From contig ML996702.1 of the NCBI GenBank assembly GCA_010356995.1, positions 434,001 through 498,000 of the forward strand: a DNA stretch of 64,000 nucleotides, written 5' to 3'. Under the pieces are notes generated by a model. It had not been told where the DNA came from, did no database searches, and worked only from the letters and a program-made list of their open reading frames with translations. Every line of letters begins with the position of its first letter. Position 1 is the first letter of the stretch. Below, piece by piece: positions 27,879 through 39,614 of this stretch. The DNA is from Trichodelitschia bisporula (taxonomy: Eukaryota). A program made the translations under genes and the position numbers.

Positions 27879-29025
27879 ATGCCCACCGTCGACATCCACA
27901 CCCACATCTACCCACCCGCCTACATCTCCCTCCTCAAAGCCCGCACCACCATCCCCTACATCCGCACCTACCCCACCTCCCCCACACCCCGCCTCGTCAT
28001 CCTCCCCGGCGAAGACTCGGACTCCGCCGCCCATGGCACGCCCGGCCGCCCCATCGGACCCGAGTACTGGGACGTCAACGCGAAGCTCGCCTTCATGGAC
28101 GCGCACAACATCGGCATTTCAGTCCTCAGCCTCGCGAACCCCTGGCTCGATTTCCTGCCCGCGGACGAGGCCGCCGCCGCGACGCTGACCGTCAACGATG
28201 ACATCGAGGCGGTGTGCGCGGCGCATCCAGGCCGGCTGTTCGCGTTTGGCGCGCTGCCGCTGAGTGCCCCGGCGGAGCAGATTGTCGCTGAGATTCAGCG
28301 CCTGCAGACGCTGCCGCATATGCGCGGCGTGATTATTGGGACGACTGGCCTCGGGTCCGGGCTCGATGATCCGGCGCTCGAGCCCGTGTGGGAGGCACTG
28401 GAGGCGACGCAGACGCTGGTGTTTCTGCACCCGCATTACGGGCTGCCGAGCGAGGTGTATGGGGAGCGGGGCGGGGAGTACGGGCATGTGCTTCCGCTGG
28501 CGCTTGGGTTTCCGCTTGAGACGACGATTGCGGTGGCGAGGATGGTGCTGAGTGGGGTTTGGGATCGGTGGAGGGGGTTGAAGGTGTTGCTTGCGCATTC
28601 GGGGGGGACGTTGCCGTTCCTTGCTGGGAGGATTGAGAGTTGTATTGCGCATGATGGGTATTTGAAGAGTGTGGGGCGGGGCGTGGAGGGGAGGCGTAGT
28701 GTCTGGGAGATCTTGAGGGAGAATGTTTATCTGGATGCTGTGGTTTATTCGCCGGTCGGGTTGAAGGCGGCGGTGGATGCGTCGGGGAGGGATCGTGTGC
28801 TTTTCGGTTAGTGCTGCTCTGGCATTCTTTAGTGATATGCTAACGGTTCTAGGGACGGATCATCCCTTCTTCCCGCCCTTGGACGACGAGGAGGAGTGGC
28901 TCAGCGTTAAGATGAATTCAGACGCTATTCAAAAGGCTTTTGGCGAGGACAAGGAGTCGGCTGATATGGTCCTTGGTGGCAATGCTATTCGGATACTGAG
29001 GCTACAGGAGGATGCTGATAAGTGA
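27879..29025 (+). CDS. Uracil-5-carboxylate (iso-orotate) decarboxylase, amidohydrolase superfamily
   Basis: VDIHTH, SLANPW, FLHPHYGLP, GHVLPLALGFPLETTIA, LAHSGGTLPFLAGRIESC and FGTDHPFFPP. Intron 28807-28852. Confidence 0.93.
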
Positions 29026-29268
29026 GGGAGGGCTAGGAGAATCTGGCTGAAGGCGTATTCCTCAAAGAGAGACCTTCAAAGAGCTGCATGGACGGGGCGC
29101 ACCATTTGAACAGAGCCAATAGAACTGGAAGCGTGGGTAGGGCTCCACCACTATGGAAGCTCCAAAGTCGAATTCAACTATGTCGGCAGCTTTCCAGAAA
29201 GATATTCGTCGTGCCTCCTATCCTGCTGACAACGGATGCCAGAGTTGTAACCAAGGTGGATTATGAGA

Positions 29269-30378
29269 TCAATTCATCCCGTTCAGCCAAGAATCATCGC
29301 CATACTCCCCGCCAAGTTCGCCTTCATCGCCCGCACCGCCCGTCTGGACATCCCAGTCAAACATCTGCTCAAAGGTCGAGTCGCCGTGAGTGAACTCAGA
29401 GTTGCCGTTGCCATACTCCTCTGAAGCCTCTTCCTTGCCTGCCGCCCCATGCTGGCCGTTCTGGGCTGGCATGTCAAGCATTGTAATGTCGATCTCCTGG
29501 TTAGAGGCGTGATGTGCTGCGTTTGCACTTGCGCCCATGTCTTGTCCATTTGAATCCGGTATATTGGCGTAGTTCTCAATACCTGTCAGCAACGATGGAA
29601 CAGCACCGTTGTCAGGAAAGTTCTGTAGGGCAATGCCCGAGGAACCCAGCCCCATTTTATCCGGTGACGCACTCGCTATACCGTCAAATATGCTGTCCAG
29701 ATCCAAGTCTTCCGCGCCCGGGGTCTTGTTCGTCGCTTGATCTGGCGCAATGGGCTTCGCACTCGACCCTGGGGGCGAGCTGTAAACTATAGAGGTTGTC
29801 GCATCATCTCGCTTGACATCTGTATCCCCAATAAGCCGACCAAAACCATCTGGTGCTTCAATAGAGGGTTCGACGCTCGACGTAACGGGTTCTTGCTTGA
29901 TAGAACCGATATCCTCCATGAAGCTGTCACCATTGGCCTCGAAGAGAGGGTCCGCCTCCAGTTTTACGGGAGTAGGAGAACCCGCAAGACGTTTCCGCTC
30001 TGCAGCCTCTGCCCGCTCACGTTCCAAACGCGCAGCCTGACACAAGGCGAGGTTCCGACGCATAACGGCCTTTGCTCGAAACTGGAGATGGCGTCAGCCG
30101 CAAGCAACGTGTAGGGTGTACATCTGCGTACGAGATCGGCTTCCAACTTGTCCAATGCTCCCTGGAATTGCCCGATTGCCTCGGGAATGTTTTTATGAGC
30201 GAGCTGGCGGAAGCCGGGGTCTTTGCGCTTCCTCGCATCGGAGATACCAATGGTGGCCTCTCGAAGCTGGACTGGTATCAGGCGACTGTAACAGATAAAG
30301 AAGTCTACATACCACGTAGGCAAGAGAGTTTTGGAGCACATCAGTCGGAGCCCGTTGGCGAAGTGGTACTTGAGCCAT
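29269..30378 (-). CDS. Conserved hypothetical protein, putative Mediator tail subunit Med2-like
   Basis: Three exons give FQGALDKLEADLFRAKAVMRRNL, a charged coil, and a long acidic low-complexity tail with DLDLDSIF-type motifs. The gene is likely real; the Med2 identity is inference. Confidence 0.7.
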
Positions 30379-31699
30379 GGTTCGTTTCAAAAAGCGTTGG
30401 GCCTTCGGGGGTTCGAAGGGAGGGGAAAATGGGAAGGTCTCTATGGCTAGTTACAGTAGAGACGAAAGAGTATCTTGACCGTTTATAAGTTGTAGGGCGT
30501 TATAGTGGGGATTGATGGACGCGGGGGGGGTTGCGCGTCAGTGACGATGCACTGACCGTCGCGAAGGGGAAGGAAGCCTTGGCGTGTCGTCCCGGGCTTG
30601 TGGGCACGGGTTCCACACGAGCTCACCGGGATCATGCTTTCTCTTCTAGGGGGACGAGGGCTGTCAGATCACGTGATGGAACCCCTCTCTCAGGGGAGAG
30701 AAGTGGGGCAAACCAAGGGCTGACCCTACGGTAGGCGGGAAGCTGGGGTAATGGTGGGGCAAAGGTTACTCGAAAAAGTTGTTGCCGTAGAACATGGTAG
30801 TCTTACGGAATGGAGCAGCAATGACCTTTCACCAGCGGCCCTTGGAGGGTTGGGACAAGCCGCCGCTAAATTTGTTTTACCTGTGGTCTAATGTACGGTA
30901 CTGTACCATGTCGGGGAGATTATGCTGTTACGGTACATTTTCACCACCGATGACGAGGGGGGATGGTCCTACCGGCAAGATGGCTATGTCAGGTTGTGAA
31001 GAGTCGCCAGCACTTGACAGTACTGTGGTAGCTCCAACCTTTCCAGAGGTAGGCAGGAGAATAGTTCATACGGTACGTATAAGTTTCCTTGGTTGTCAAC
31101 GTGATATTCGCCATGATGCTCTCTACCGTACTGGGTATAATACTGTGTAGCACGTGGCCCATCCACCACCTCCCTAGTGAACCCTGAAGGCTTGGCGAGT
31201 GGTTGTCCCCACCGCGAGCCCTCGTCCTCCGCCTTCTCCCAAGGGTCAAATGATCTTCCCCAAGATATTATGGCTGCCTCCCTCCGCAAGAATATTTAGG
31301 CCGGGCGGCGGCAACTTTTTCGAGTGGCTCTTGCACACTTTTCCCCACGGAGCACCGGTCGGCCCGTTCACTAGCGCGGGACTTTTTCGCAGCCGCTGCC
31401 AAGGAGCCCTGCGAGAAACCTTACCAGGTGGCTGCGGTGCTCATTCACACTCCCAGTTCGCACTTACTCCATTTCCCTTCCCCAACACCCTCCAATACCA
31501 CGCAACCCGTCATCATCTCCTTTTTTTGCGGCTTTCCAGTTCCTTTGATTTTTTCACGTTATCTGCGCATTCATCTTCCGGTTCTTTTCCATATCTCTCA
31601 TCATTTTCTTGTAGGAGTTGTCTAGGTCCGGAAAGTAATATCTCCCCAATCCCTCTCTGCTCCCATGCGTTGCTTGCTAACTCTTTACCTTACAGAAAC

Positions 31700-33190
31700 A
31701 TGGCTGACCAGGAGACCTCGCCTATGGAGAATGGTCAAGCGCTTGCGCCTCTGTCCATTCCCCAGCCCAAAGGCCCGCAGCCTTCTGTGATGTCCCCGGG
31801 CGCCATGGTGGCAGCTCGTCGCGCTGCGCCGGAGCCCAACAAGCGGGCCCTCTATGTCGGTGGCCTCAACCCTGGGGTCAGCGATGGCTTGCTGCATACC
31901 ATCTTCGAGGTTCACGGCCACGTTCAAGGCGTCAAGATCATCCCCGACAAGAACTACAAGAATACGGGAATGAACTACGGGTTTGTCGAATTCGATGACC
32001 CGGCCAATGCACAGCGTGCCATGGAGACTCTTCACGGTCGTGTTGTTATGGGTTCGGTATGCAATTCTCAGAGCTTCCTCACTGAACGCTGGGCTAATAT
32101 CCTCCGAGGAGATCAAGGTCAACTGGGCGTACCAGAATAATAATCAGCAGCGCGAGGATACTTCCGGTCACTTTCACCTCTTTGTCGGCGATCTCTCTAA
32201 TGAGGTCAATGACGAAGCCTTGTTCCAGTTCTTTGGCGCCTGGGGCAGCGTCTCGGAAGCTCGCGTCATGTGGGACATGAAGACCGGTCGCTCCCGTGGC
32301 TACGGCTTCGTCGCCTACCGTGAACGCGCTGATGCGGAGCGCGCAATTGAGGCGACGCAGAGCAATGCTTGGCTTGGGTCGCGCGCGATCCGTGTCAACT
32401 GGGCTAACCAGAAAGGTCAGCCGTCTGTCGGTCAGCACTCGGCCATGAGCCAGCTTGGTATGTCGCCCTTCCAGCAGCACAGTCCGTTCCCAACCGGGGG
32501 CGCGAACGAGCTCCAGCAAATCATGATGCAGTCTCCGGAGGATGTGAGTACGGTATATGTCGGCAATCTTACTCCGTATACAACAATCCAGGACCTTCAG
32601 CCGCTCTTTTCGCAGTACGGTATGGTCGTGGAAAACCGCTTTCAGGCCGACCGTGGCTTTGCATTCATGAAGCTTGACTCGCACCAGGCTGCGGCCCAGG
32701 CTATCTGCGCTCTCAATGGGCACAGCGTTCATGGTCGTCCCATCAAGTGCAGTGTTGGTCATTTCGTATCTACAATTTTTGGAGCATTCCGTCCTAACGC
32801 TAACATAGTGGGGCAAGGAGCGCACTCCCGTCCATCAGCAGCAGCCGACGCCGGTGTACGCCCATCCGCCGGAGCAGGCCAACTTCAACCATGGGTACCC
32901 ACCTAGTGCTCCGAACTCTGCCTATCCACCGACTCCCACTGGCTATCCTTACCCCGTTCAGTACAACCCTATGTCACCTGGTGAGTTTCCAATCCAGGTA
33001 TCGCATTTTTTTCGCATTCCCTAACCCTCTCTTAGCTGCGTCGTCTCCTGCGAACTATCACCCGCAGACTCCCGGCTATGGTCCTCCGGCGAACTACCAA
33101 AACTTCGTTCGTCCTCAACAAGGCGCTAACCAGTGGGGTCACGCAGCGCAGAATCAGCAGCATTACGCATACGGCAACTACCAGGGCTAG
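31700..33190 (+). CDS. PUB1: Pub1/TIA-1-like three-RRM RNA-binding protein
   Basis: RRAAPEPNKRALYVGGL, VNWAYQ, HLFVGDLSNEVND, MWDMKTGRSRGYGFV, VNWANQKGQP, TVYVGNL, CSWGK and a Q/N/Y-rich tail. Introns at 32057-32108, 32754-32808 and about 32981-33035. Confidence 0.93.
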
Positions 33191-34249
33191 GACAATTTCT
33201 GATGGATGAGAACTTACTATGTTTTCTGTGGTAGTTTCTCTCTTTCTGTTAGCACATTGTCTGTAATCTCTCATGCACGTCTTCCTTGATCTGTCTCTTT
33301 AGTGTTGTTTTGATTGCGAGGGTGAGGTGTGTGGTGACTGTACTGAATATGCTGTTGATGCTACTTACTGCTGCGACTTGAGCGAGACGCAAGAATGGGC
33401 TGGGACATCTGTATCTGTTCTGGCTTTCCTTCCCTGCTGGTATCCCGCATTATCTGTATCCATGGGCGTCAGGGGGGCCGACTGGGGCCCGGCGCTGCTT
33501 CTGTTACTTTTGTTGCCGACGTCCTGCATGAACTTCCCAATTACTCTATCATTTCAATACCTACGTACGGGACCATTGGAATAGTCCATCATTTTCCATG
33601 TTTAGGTAGATACCCCACTCGTCAAATGGCCCATGCTTCCTTTTTTTCTCATTCTTTTCTTCTCTTTGTACTGTGGGGAGGTCGGCGGATGCGGTGTAAG
33701 GTTGAAAAAGCTGAGGAAGGATCGGAGAACTGCCGAATCGATGTTGGAACTCGTCAAGCATGAATATCATCATCGAAACTAGGTCTGCAAACCGCAAAGC
33801 AAATCGCGAGTCCGCAGATCATCAACCGTCCGCCCAAGCTTCACGGCTAAATTAAGCATATCTCTTCGCGCTGCCTAGCGTGCTGCTGATGCGGGCACTA
33901 GCGGCACGGGCTAGGAGCGTCCGCGCGGCCGCCCGGTCATCGGTTTGGAGTTTCGAACCCGAGCATCCTAGAGGTTTCTCCAGTCGACGCGAGAGCATGG
34001 CGTTTTGAACATCCAGCAAGGAACAAGTTGATCACCATGGTTGCACGCCAGCATCACCGCTAAACCTAAGCAGAAGACGAAGAACATCGCGATACATTTT
34101 TACAAACTATGCAGCATCATTCCAATCTCATAATAAACCCCCTTCCACGGCTCGCTCGCCCGCTCAGCCTCATGTCCAACACCTCCAACCCGCTCAAACC
34201 AGAGGAAGCGCGCCCGGTTCTCCCCCAGCCACCACCGTCCCCGAACCGC

Positions 34250-35202
34250 CTACTCCATCTCCGCCTTCCCCAGCAGACCGCGGGCCATATGGCGCTTGCG
34301 CAGGTTAAACTCAACAGCCCGCTTCTTCGCCCCCGCGCTCATGGTAAACGCCGCCGAGCCACCGAACGGCCCCGCCAGCGCCGAGTTCTGCAGCCGCACG
34401 ATGCACACATTGTCCACGCCACCCACGGACCCCGAGCACGTCATCCCCGCGGGCATCTGCACCTTAACCGGGAAATCCGTCGTAGTTGCCGCGCTCAGAC
34501 CCCCGATCCCGAGACCGGGCACGTTGGTCGTGACCTGCGCGTCCTTGAAGGCGGTCGGGTCGGTGCCGCCGCTGGTCGGGTCGATGGCGGCGGTGAGCGG
34601 CCCGGCGCCGTCTTGGTTCACTTGGTGGAAGGTCATCGTGATGCTGCCGTCGTCGCCGCACGTCGGCAGACCGCTCGAGGCCCCGGACCCAGCTGCCTTG
34701 CTCACGCCCTGCTCCTTCGTGCCCTTGGCCGTCTTGGTACCGGCACCGGTGGCGCCCGCGGCACCGCCAGCACCCTTCGCGGCCCCGCCGCCGGTTAGCC
34801 CGTCGAGCAGACCGCGCTTGTTGGCGCCGGCTGGGGCGGCGGTGCCGGTGCCCATGAAGGAGGCGATGGCCTTGGCCGCGTCGACGGGGCCGGCCTTGGT
34901 GCGGCCGAGGGCGGAGGCCTTCGCCGTCCCGAGCTCCTTGGCGCGGATGATGCTGGTGTCGGTTTCGGAGCCGCAGGCGGGGGTGGCGCAGTCGCGGGGC
35001 GTGCCATCGATGACTAGGGGCGGGGTTAGTGGGGAGTTTGGTGGGGAAGGGAAGGGACAGGTGGGGATAAGGGAGGAAGGTGGAGCGTACCCGACAGGCC
35101 GGGCATGGTGACGCCGTTGGCGCCCTGGATTTGGGTGATGACGCCGTGGGCGTTGGCGCTGGCTGCCAGAGCTGCGATGAGAGTTGCGTAGGTGTACTTC
35201 AT
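34250..35202 (-). CDS. Secreted gEgh16/GAS1/CAS1-like (DUF3129) protein
   Basis: Signal peptide followed by HGVI, GTPRDC...DTSII, TFHQVNQDGAGP, CIVRLQNSALAGPFGG. One intron at about 35014-35091. Confidence 0.88.
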
Positions 35203-35265
35203 TTTGACTGATTAGGGTGTCGGTTGGACGATGTGGGGGTTTGGTCGAAGGACTGTGGCTGAGCT

Positions 35266-35299
35266 GAAGCGAAGAAGCGAAGAAGCGAAGAAGTGAAGA
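35266..35299 (+). repeat. (GAAGCGAA)n 8-bp tandem repeat upstream of the DUF3129 gene
   Basis: gaagcgaagaagcgaagaagcgaagaagtgaag read directly. Confidence 0.8.
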
Positions 35300-37360
35300 G
35301 CAAAAAGCGACCTGCGCAAGAGAAGATAGTGAAGAAGTTGGATTGGAAGGCTGATGACGAGAACACCAAGGCGCGACATCGCGCGCTACTTATGCCCTCC
35401 CGCTCTCCCGCACTTGGGCTACGCCTTGGGCTACGCCGCGGCCAAACGGCAAACACGCGCATTGCATGGCGCAAAAGCTTGTGTGGTACCGTCGCAGTGC
35501 GGCCGTAACGCGATGCACTGGTGCGGAACGGCAAATCTGAGGCCCAAACATGAGGCTCTCCGTACCTGGCGCCCTACCTGGCGCATGGCTAAGCTTTTCG
35601 CGGCGGTGCTTGAGGCCCAAATGGGGAGAAACGGGGGTGAGGGAAGGTTTCCATGGGCCGGGAGGGTCAGATTCCGATTTCGCGGGGGTGTCGCGGGTGC
35701 GCTGGTGCTTCACAATGCATGCGGGGTGCATGGTGGGTGTGCAAGAATAGGCTGCGTACCTGGGGATAGCCTTGTTCGGTAGCCTTGTTTGCATTACTAT
35801 TACTGCAGTGGCGTTAGCGCTCGCTGACGATGGGATCTGGTTCCTGGGGTGGGTGAAGCCAGCCAGCCAGCTCCACGATCCAACGATGTCGTAGCCGTAG
35901 CATACGCTACTGGGCTTCAGTGGCGCCGATATTCCCACCAGTCAACCACCTCGCCGCACCGTCCCCGATCTCCACTAGCATCCCCTTCCCTCATTGCCTT
36001 CATAGCCCACAGACCACCCGTCCTTAATCCCCCGATCACCATGATCGCCCTCTTCCCGCCGGCGCACACGCCCGTTCAATAGGTCCCCGCTCCCAGCCCG
36101 GGCGCTTCACCGCACACACCCCCGCTCCGCGCACCGACCCACTCGCCCCGACCCGGACCGTCTCACGGCCACGGCCGCCGCGCTCCCGGCACCTAGCACG
36201 TTTCCCGCACGCTGAGAGCCGCGGGTGAGCCTCCTGCTGCGCCCTTCAAGCGTGCTGTTTGGGTGCACGGGGGCGGGAACGGTTGGCGTTTCGGCTCGGC
36301 TGCCCCTGGGCGTGAAACGGTTGCAGCGTGAGGTGGGGGGGGTATTTGGGAAGGGAGGGTACTGGGGATCATTGCGGGTGCATGATCGGGGAATCAGATA
36401 GGGAAGGGAGGCCGATGAATATGGAAGCGAGGAGATGGAGGATTGGAGGATGACGATGAGGAGGTTGAGGTCGCTACGTCGTTGCAGTGAATGCGCCGCG
36501 GCCCGAATGGGCTTATGCCGACTTGGCTGCTGCAGTCTGCGGGATACGCGCGGCAGACTGGTGTGTTTACACTGCGCACGACACGGCTTCACCCGCTGTG
36601 CGCAAGGACGAGAGTTGAGGGAAATGCAGTCCTTCCCCGTTGCCCTAAGGTACGGCTTAGATTAAAAGGCAGAGCCTAATTCAACGTCGAGTCTTCTTCG
36701 CCTCGCTTTTCGACCTCATCACCACTGTTTTTGATACCCACTTCTCTCTAACATTCTCCACTCTTTGATCTCCACCTCCACTCTCCCAAGCCTTTGGCTT
36801 ACCCACGGCAATGCCGGCGCCACATCCACTGCAGTCGCCGACTTCCCTCGGCTCAAAGCCCGAATGTCGATAGCGCGTACTTTTGCACACCCCGCCATCA
36901 GCATCTCCAACCCCACACTCTCTGCAAGAGCTGGGGGAGCATGGCCACCCTCGTGACTGCAAAGCAGCGGCATCGGCATTCTGATTCATGTCTTGTTATC
37001 TTGCCATCTTGCATTGAGGTTGCGTCTTTTGCATCTCCTGCCTTTATCTCACCAGGTAGCATCGTCTGTTACTCAATTGACTTCAACTGTCCTTCTCTGT
37101 TCACTTACCTCTGATTGACTATTCATCTTGCTTCTTACTGTGCCAAGGTCTCCCCCACAGCTTCTCTACCCGAGCGGTGGCCGAAATTCCCAACCGACGG
37201 CTCACACGGCTCACACGGCTAGTAGTTCGTAGCCTGCATCTCACGACGCCACCGTTCGCCTTTTAAGAGAGAGCTCAACCAGCTCCCCTCAACCACAACT
37301 AGCAACATCCACACTTAGTTCACCCTCACTTACCTCAATCTCCTCCCCCCAACCGTAATC

Positions 37361-39270
37361 ATGCCCATAAAATCCCGCTTCACTACCCCCATCCCCCCGG
37401 TCTCCCTCCCCACCTTCCTCTTCACAAGCCCCACGACCCCCCTCCCCACCACTCCCCTCTTAATCGACGCACGCACCCCACAACATGCCCTCAGCGCCTC
37501 AACCTACCGCCTCTGGTGCCAGCGCTTCGCCGCCGGACTGCGGGCCGCGGGCCTCCAACCCGGCGACCGTGTCCTCCTCTTCAGTGGGAATAACATCTTC
37601 TTCCCCGTCGTGCTACTGGGGACCATCATGGCGGGCGGCGTCTTCTCCGGCGCGAATCCCAACTCCGTGGCCCGCGAGCTAGCGCACCAGCTGCGTGACT
37701 CCGGAGCCCGGTTTCTGCTGACCGCGCCTGAGAGCGCGGATACGGCGACCAAGGCGGCGCAGGAGGTTGGTGTACCGCTGGACCGCGTGTTTGTGTTTGA
37801 CGATGGGCGGGATATGCTTGATGGGAAGGCTGTGAAAGGCGTGGGTGAGCTCAGGCATTGGAGCCATCTGATTGCGGATGAGGCGACGGGTGCCGCATTC
37901 GTATGGGAGGATTTCGAAGGGGAGGAATCGGCGCAGCGTATCGCAGCGCTAAATTACAGCAGTGGGACGACGGGCGTGCCCAAGGGCGTGATGATCACGC
38001 ACCGCAATTACATTGCCAATGCGTGTCAGATGGAGGTGCAGGCGCGGATGGACGCTGGGTATCCGACAAGGCAGGAGAAGTGGCGGTATCTGTGTTTCCT
38101 GTGAGTTCTTGCTGCGTGCGACTGGGGGGGGTGCTAATAATGTTAGTCCGATGTATCATGCTATGGCGCAGACGATTTTCGGTATCAACGCCATTAAGCA
38201 GGGCGTTCGCACGTACATCATGCCCAAGTTTGATTTTCTGGCCATGCTCGACAATGTCCAAAAGTACCGCATCACGTACCTGACCGTTGTGCCGCCCATC
38301 GTCGTAGCGATGGTCAAGGACCCGCGCGTGCGGAACTACGACCTCAGCTCCATTGAGCGCGTGGGCAGCGGAGCTGCGCCGCTCGGCCGCGAGGTTTGCG
38401 TGGAGCTGGAGAAAATCCTGGGAGGGCGTGTGAACGTCAAGCAAGGGTGGGGGATGACTGAGTACGTTGGCCCCAGCCTCATCTCAGTTCCCGGGCTAAT
38501 GAAGTAGAATCACCTGCTCCGCCATCGGCTGGGACCCAAACCACACCTCCACCTCCTTCAGCGTCGGCGAACTGAATGCCAACTGCGAAGCACGCATCAT
38601 GAACGAAGACGCCACGGCCGAAGTACCCCGCGGCCAGCGGGGCGAGATCTGGGTCCGCGCGCCCAACGTCATGAAGGGCTATTGGGGCCGCCCGGAAGCG
38701 ACGGCTGAGACGCTGACACCGGATGGGTGGTTGAAGACGGGGGATATTGCGTTTGTAAATGAGGAGGGGCGGTTTTTTATCGTTGATCGCAAGAAGGAGC
38801 TTATTAAGGTTAAGGGTAATCAGGTTGCGCCTGCTGAGCTCGAGGCTCTGCTGCTGGATCATGAGGCTGTGGCCGACGTGGCGGTTATTGGGGTGCCGGA
38901 TGCGAGGTGAGTTTTTCCCATCGCTTTCTCTTCTTCAGGGATGAGAGGAAGGGTCATGGATTTTATACTGACGCCCCGCAGCGGCCATGACGAACAGGTC
39001 CGCGCTTACATAGTGCGCCGGGCCGGGTCTTCAGTCTCGGAAAGCGATATCCAGGAATGGATGAAAAAGCACGTGACGCGGACCAAGTGGCTCACAGGCG
39101 GCGTGCGGTTTGTGGATGCGATTCCCAAGAACCCGGTATGCTTCCCTTGATGCTTTGATATGCTGACAGAGTGACTGACGGTTGTGTAGTCTGGCAAGAT
39201 TATGCGGCGTGTGCTGCGCGACCAGGCTAAGGCAGAGGCGGATGCTGAGGGGGCCAAGGCTAAGCTATGA
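37361..39270 (+). CDS. 4-coumarate-CoA-ligase-like acyl-CoA synthetase, peroxisomal (PTS1 AKL)
   Basis: YSSGTTGVPKGV, QGWGMTE, GEIWVRAPNVMKGY, LKTGD, DRKKELIKVKGNQVAPAELE and IPKNPSGK; ends GAKAKL*. Four introns. Confidence 0.92.
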
Positions 39271-39614
39271 GGTGGTTGTGGTTGGCCCTCGGGTAGTGGT
39301 AAATGGCTGGGCAAGGCTGAGGAGATCTAATCGTGGATGATATATGGCAGGTACTCGATAGACTGTCTGCAAATACTTATAACATGGCCCCGATATCGCT
39401 CGCTCCTGGCTTACAGAATCACTAATCACAGCACACAACAGGCGGAAGCAGAACAGACTTGATTTTTCCTTCCACTGCAGACAAAGGGCAGCGAACCGTC
39501 TATGGTAACTCCATCCACACAAAGATAGGCGAACAGATCTCATCGCCACCCATGAACATAGAAACAGGCAACAAGGAAACAGACAAACGCCCCAGACGCC
39601 GCATTTTCAGCCTT

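Noticed and set aside
33940..33975. GGTTCGAA on the minus strand suggesting a tRNA T-loop
   Set aside because: Flanks do not form a T-stem or acceptor stem; no cloverleaf.
34109..35111. Long antisense ORFs over DUF3129 and other genes
   Set aside because: Expected shadow ORFs of GC-rich codon usage.
21718..39270. Secondary-metabolite cluster (hydrolase, dioxygenase, decarboxylase, CoA ligase)
   Set aside because: No PKS/NRPS/terpene core; genes are interspersed with housekeeping genes and explained by primary metabolism.
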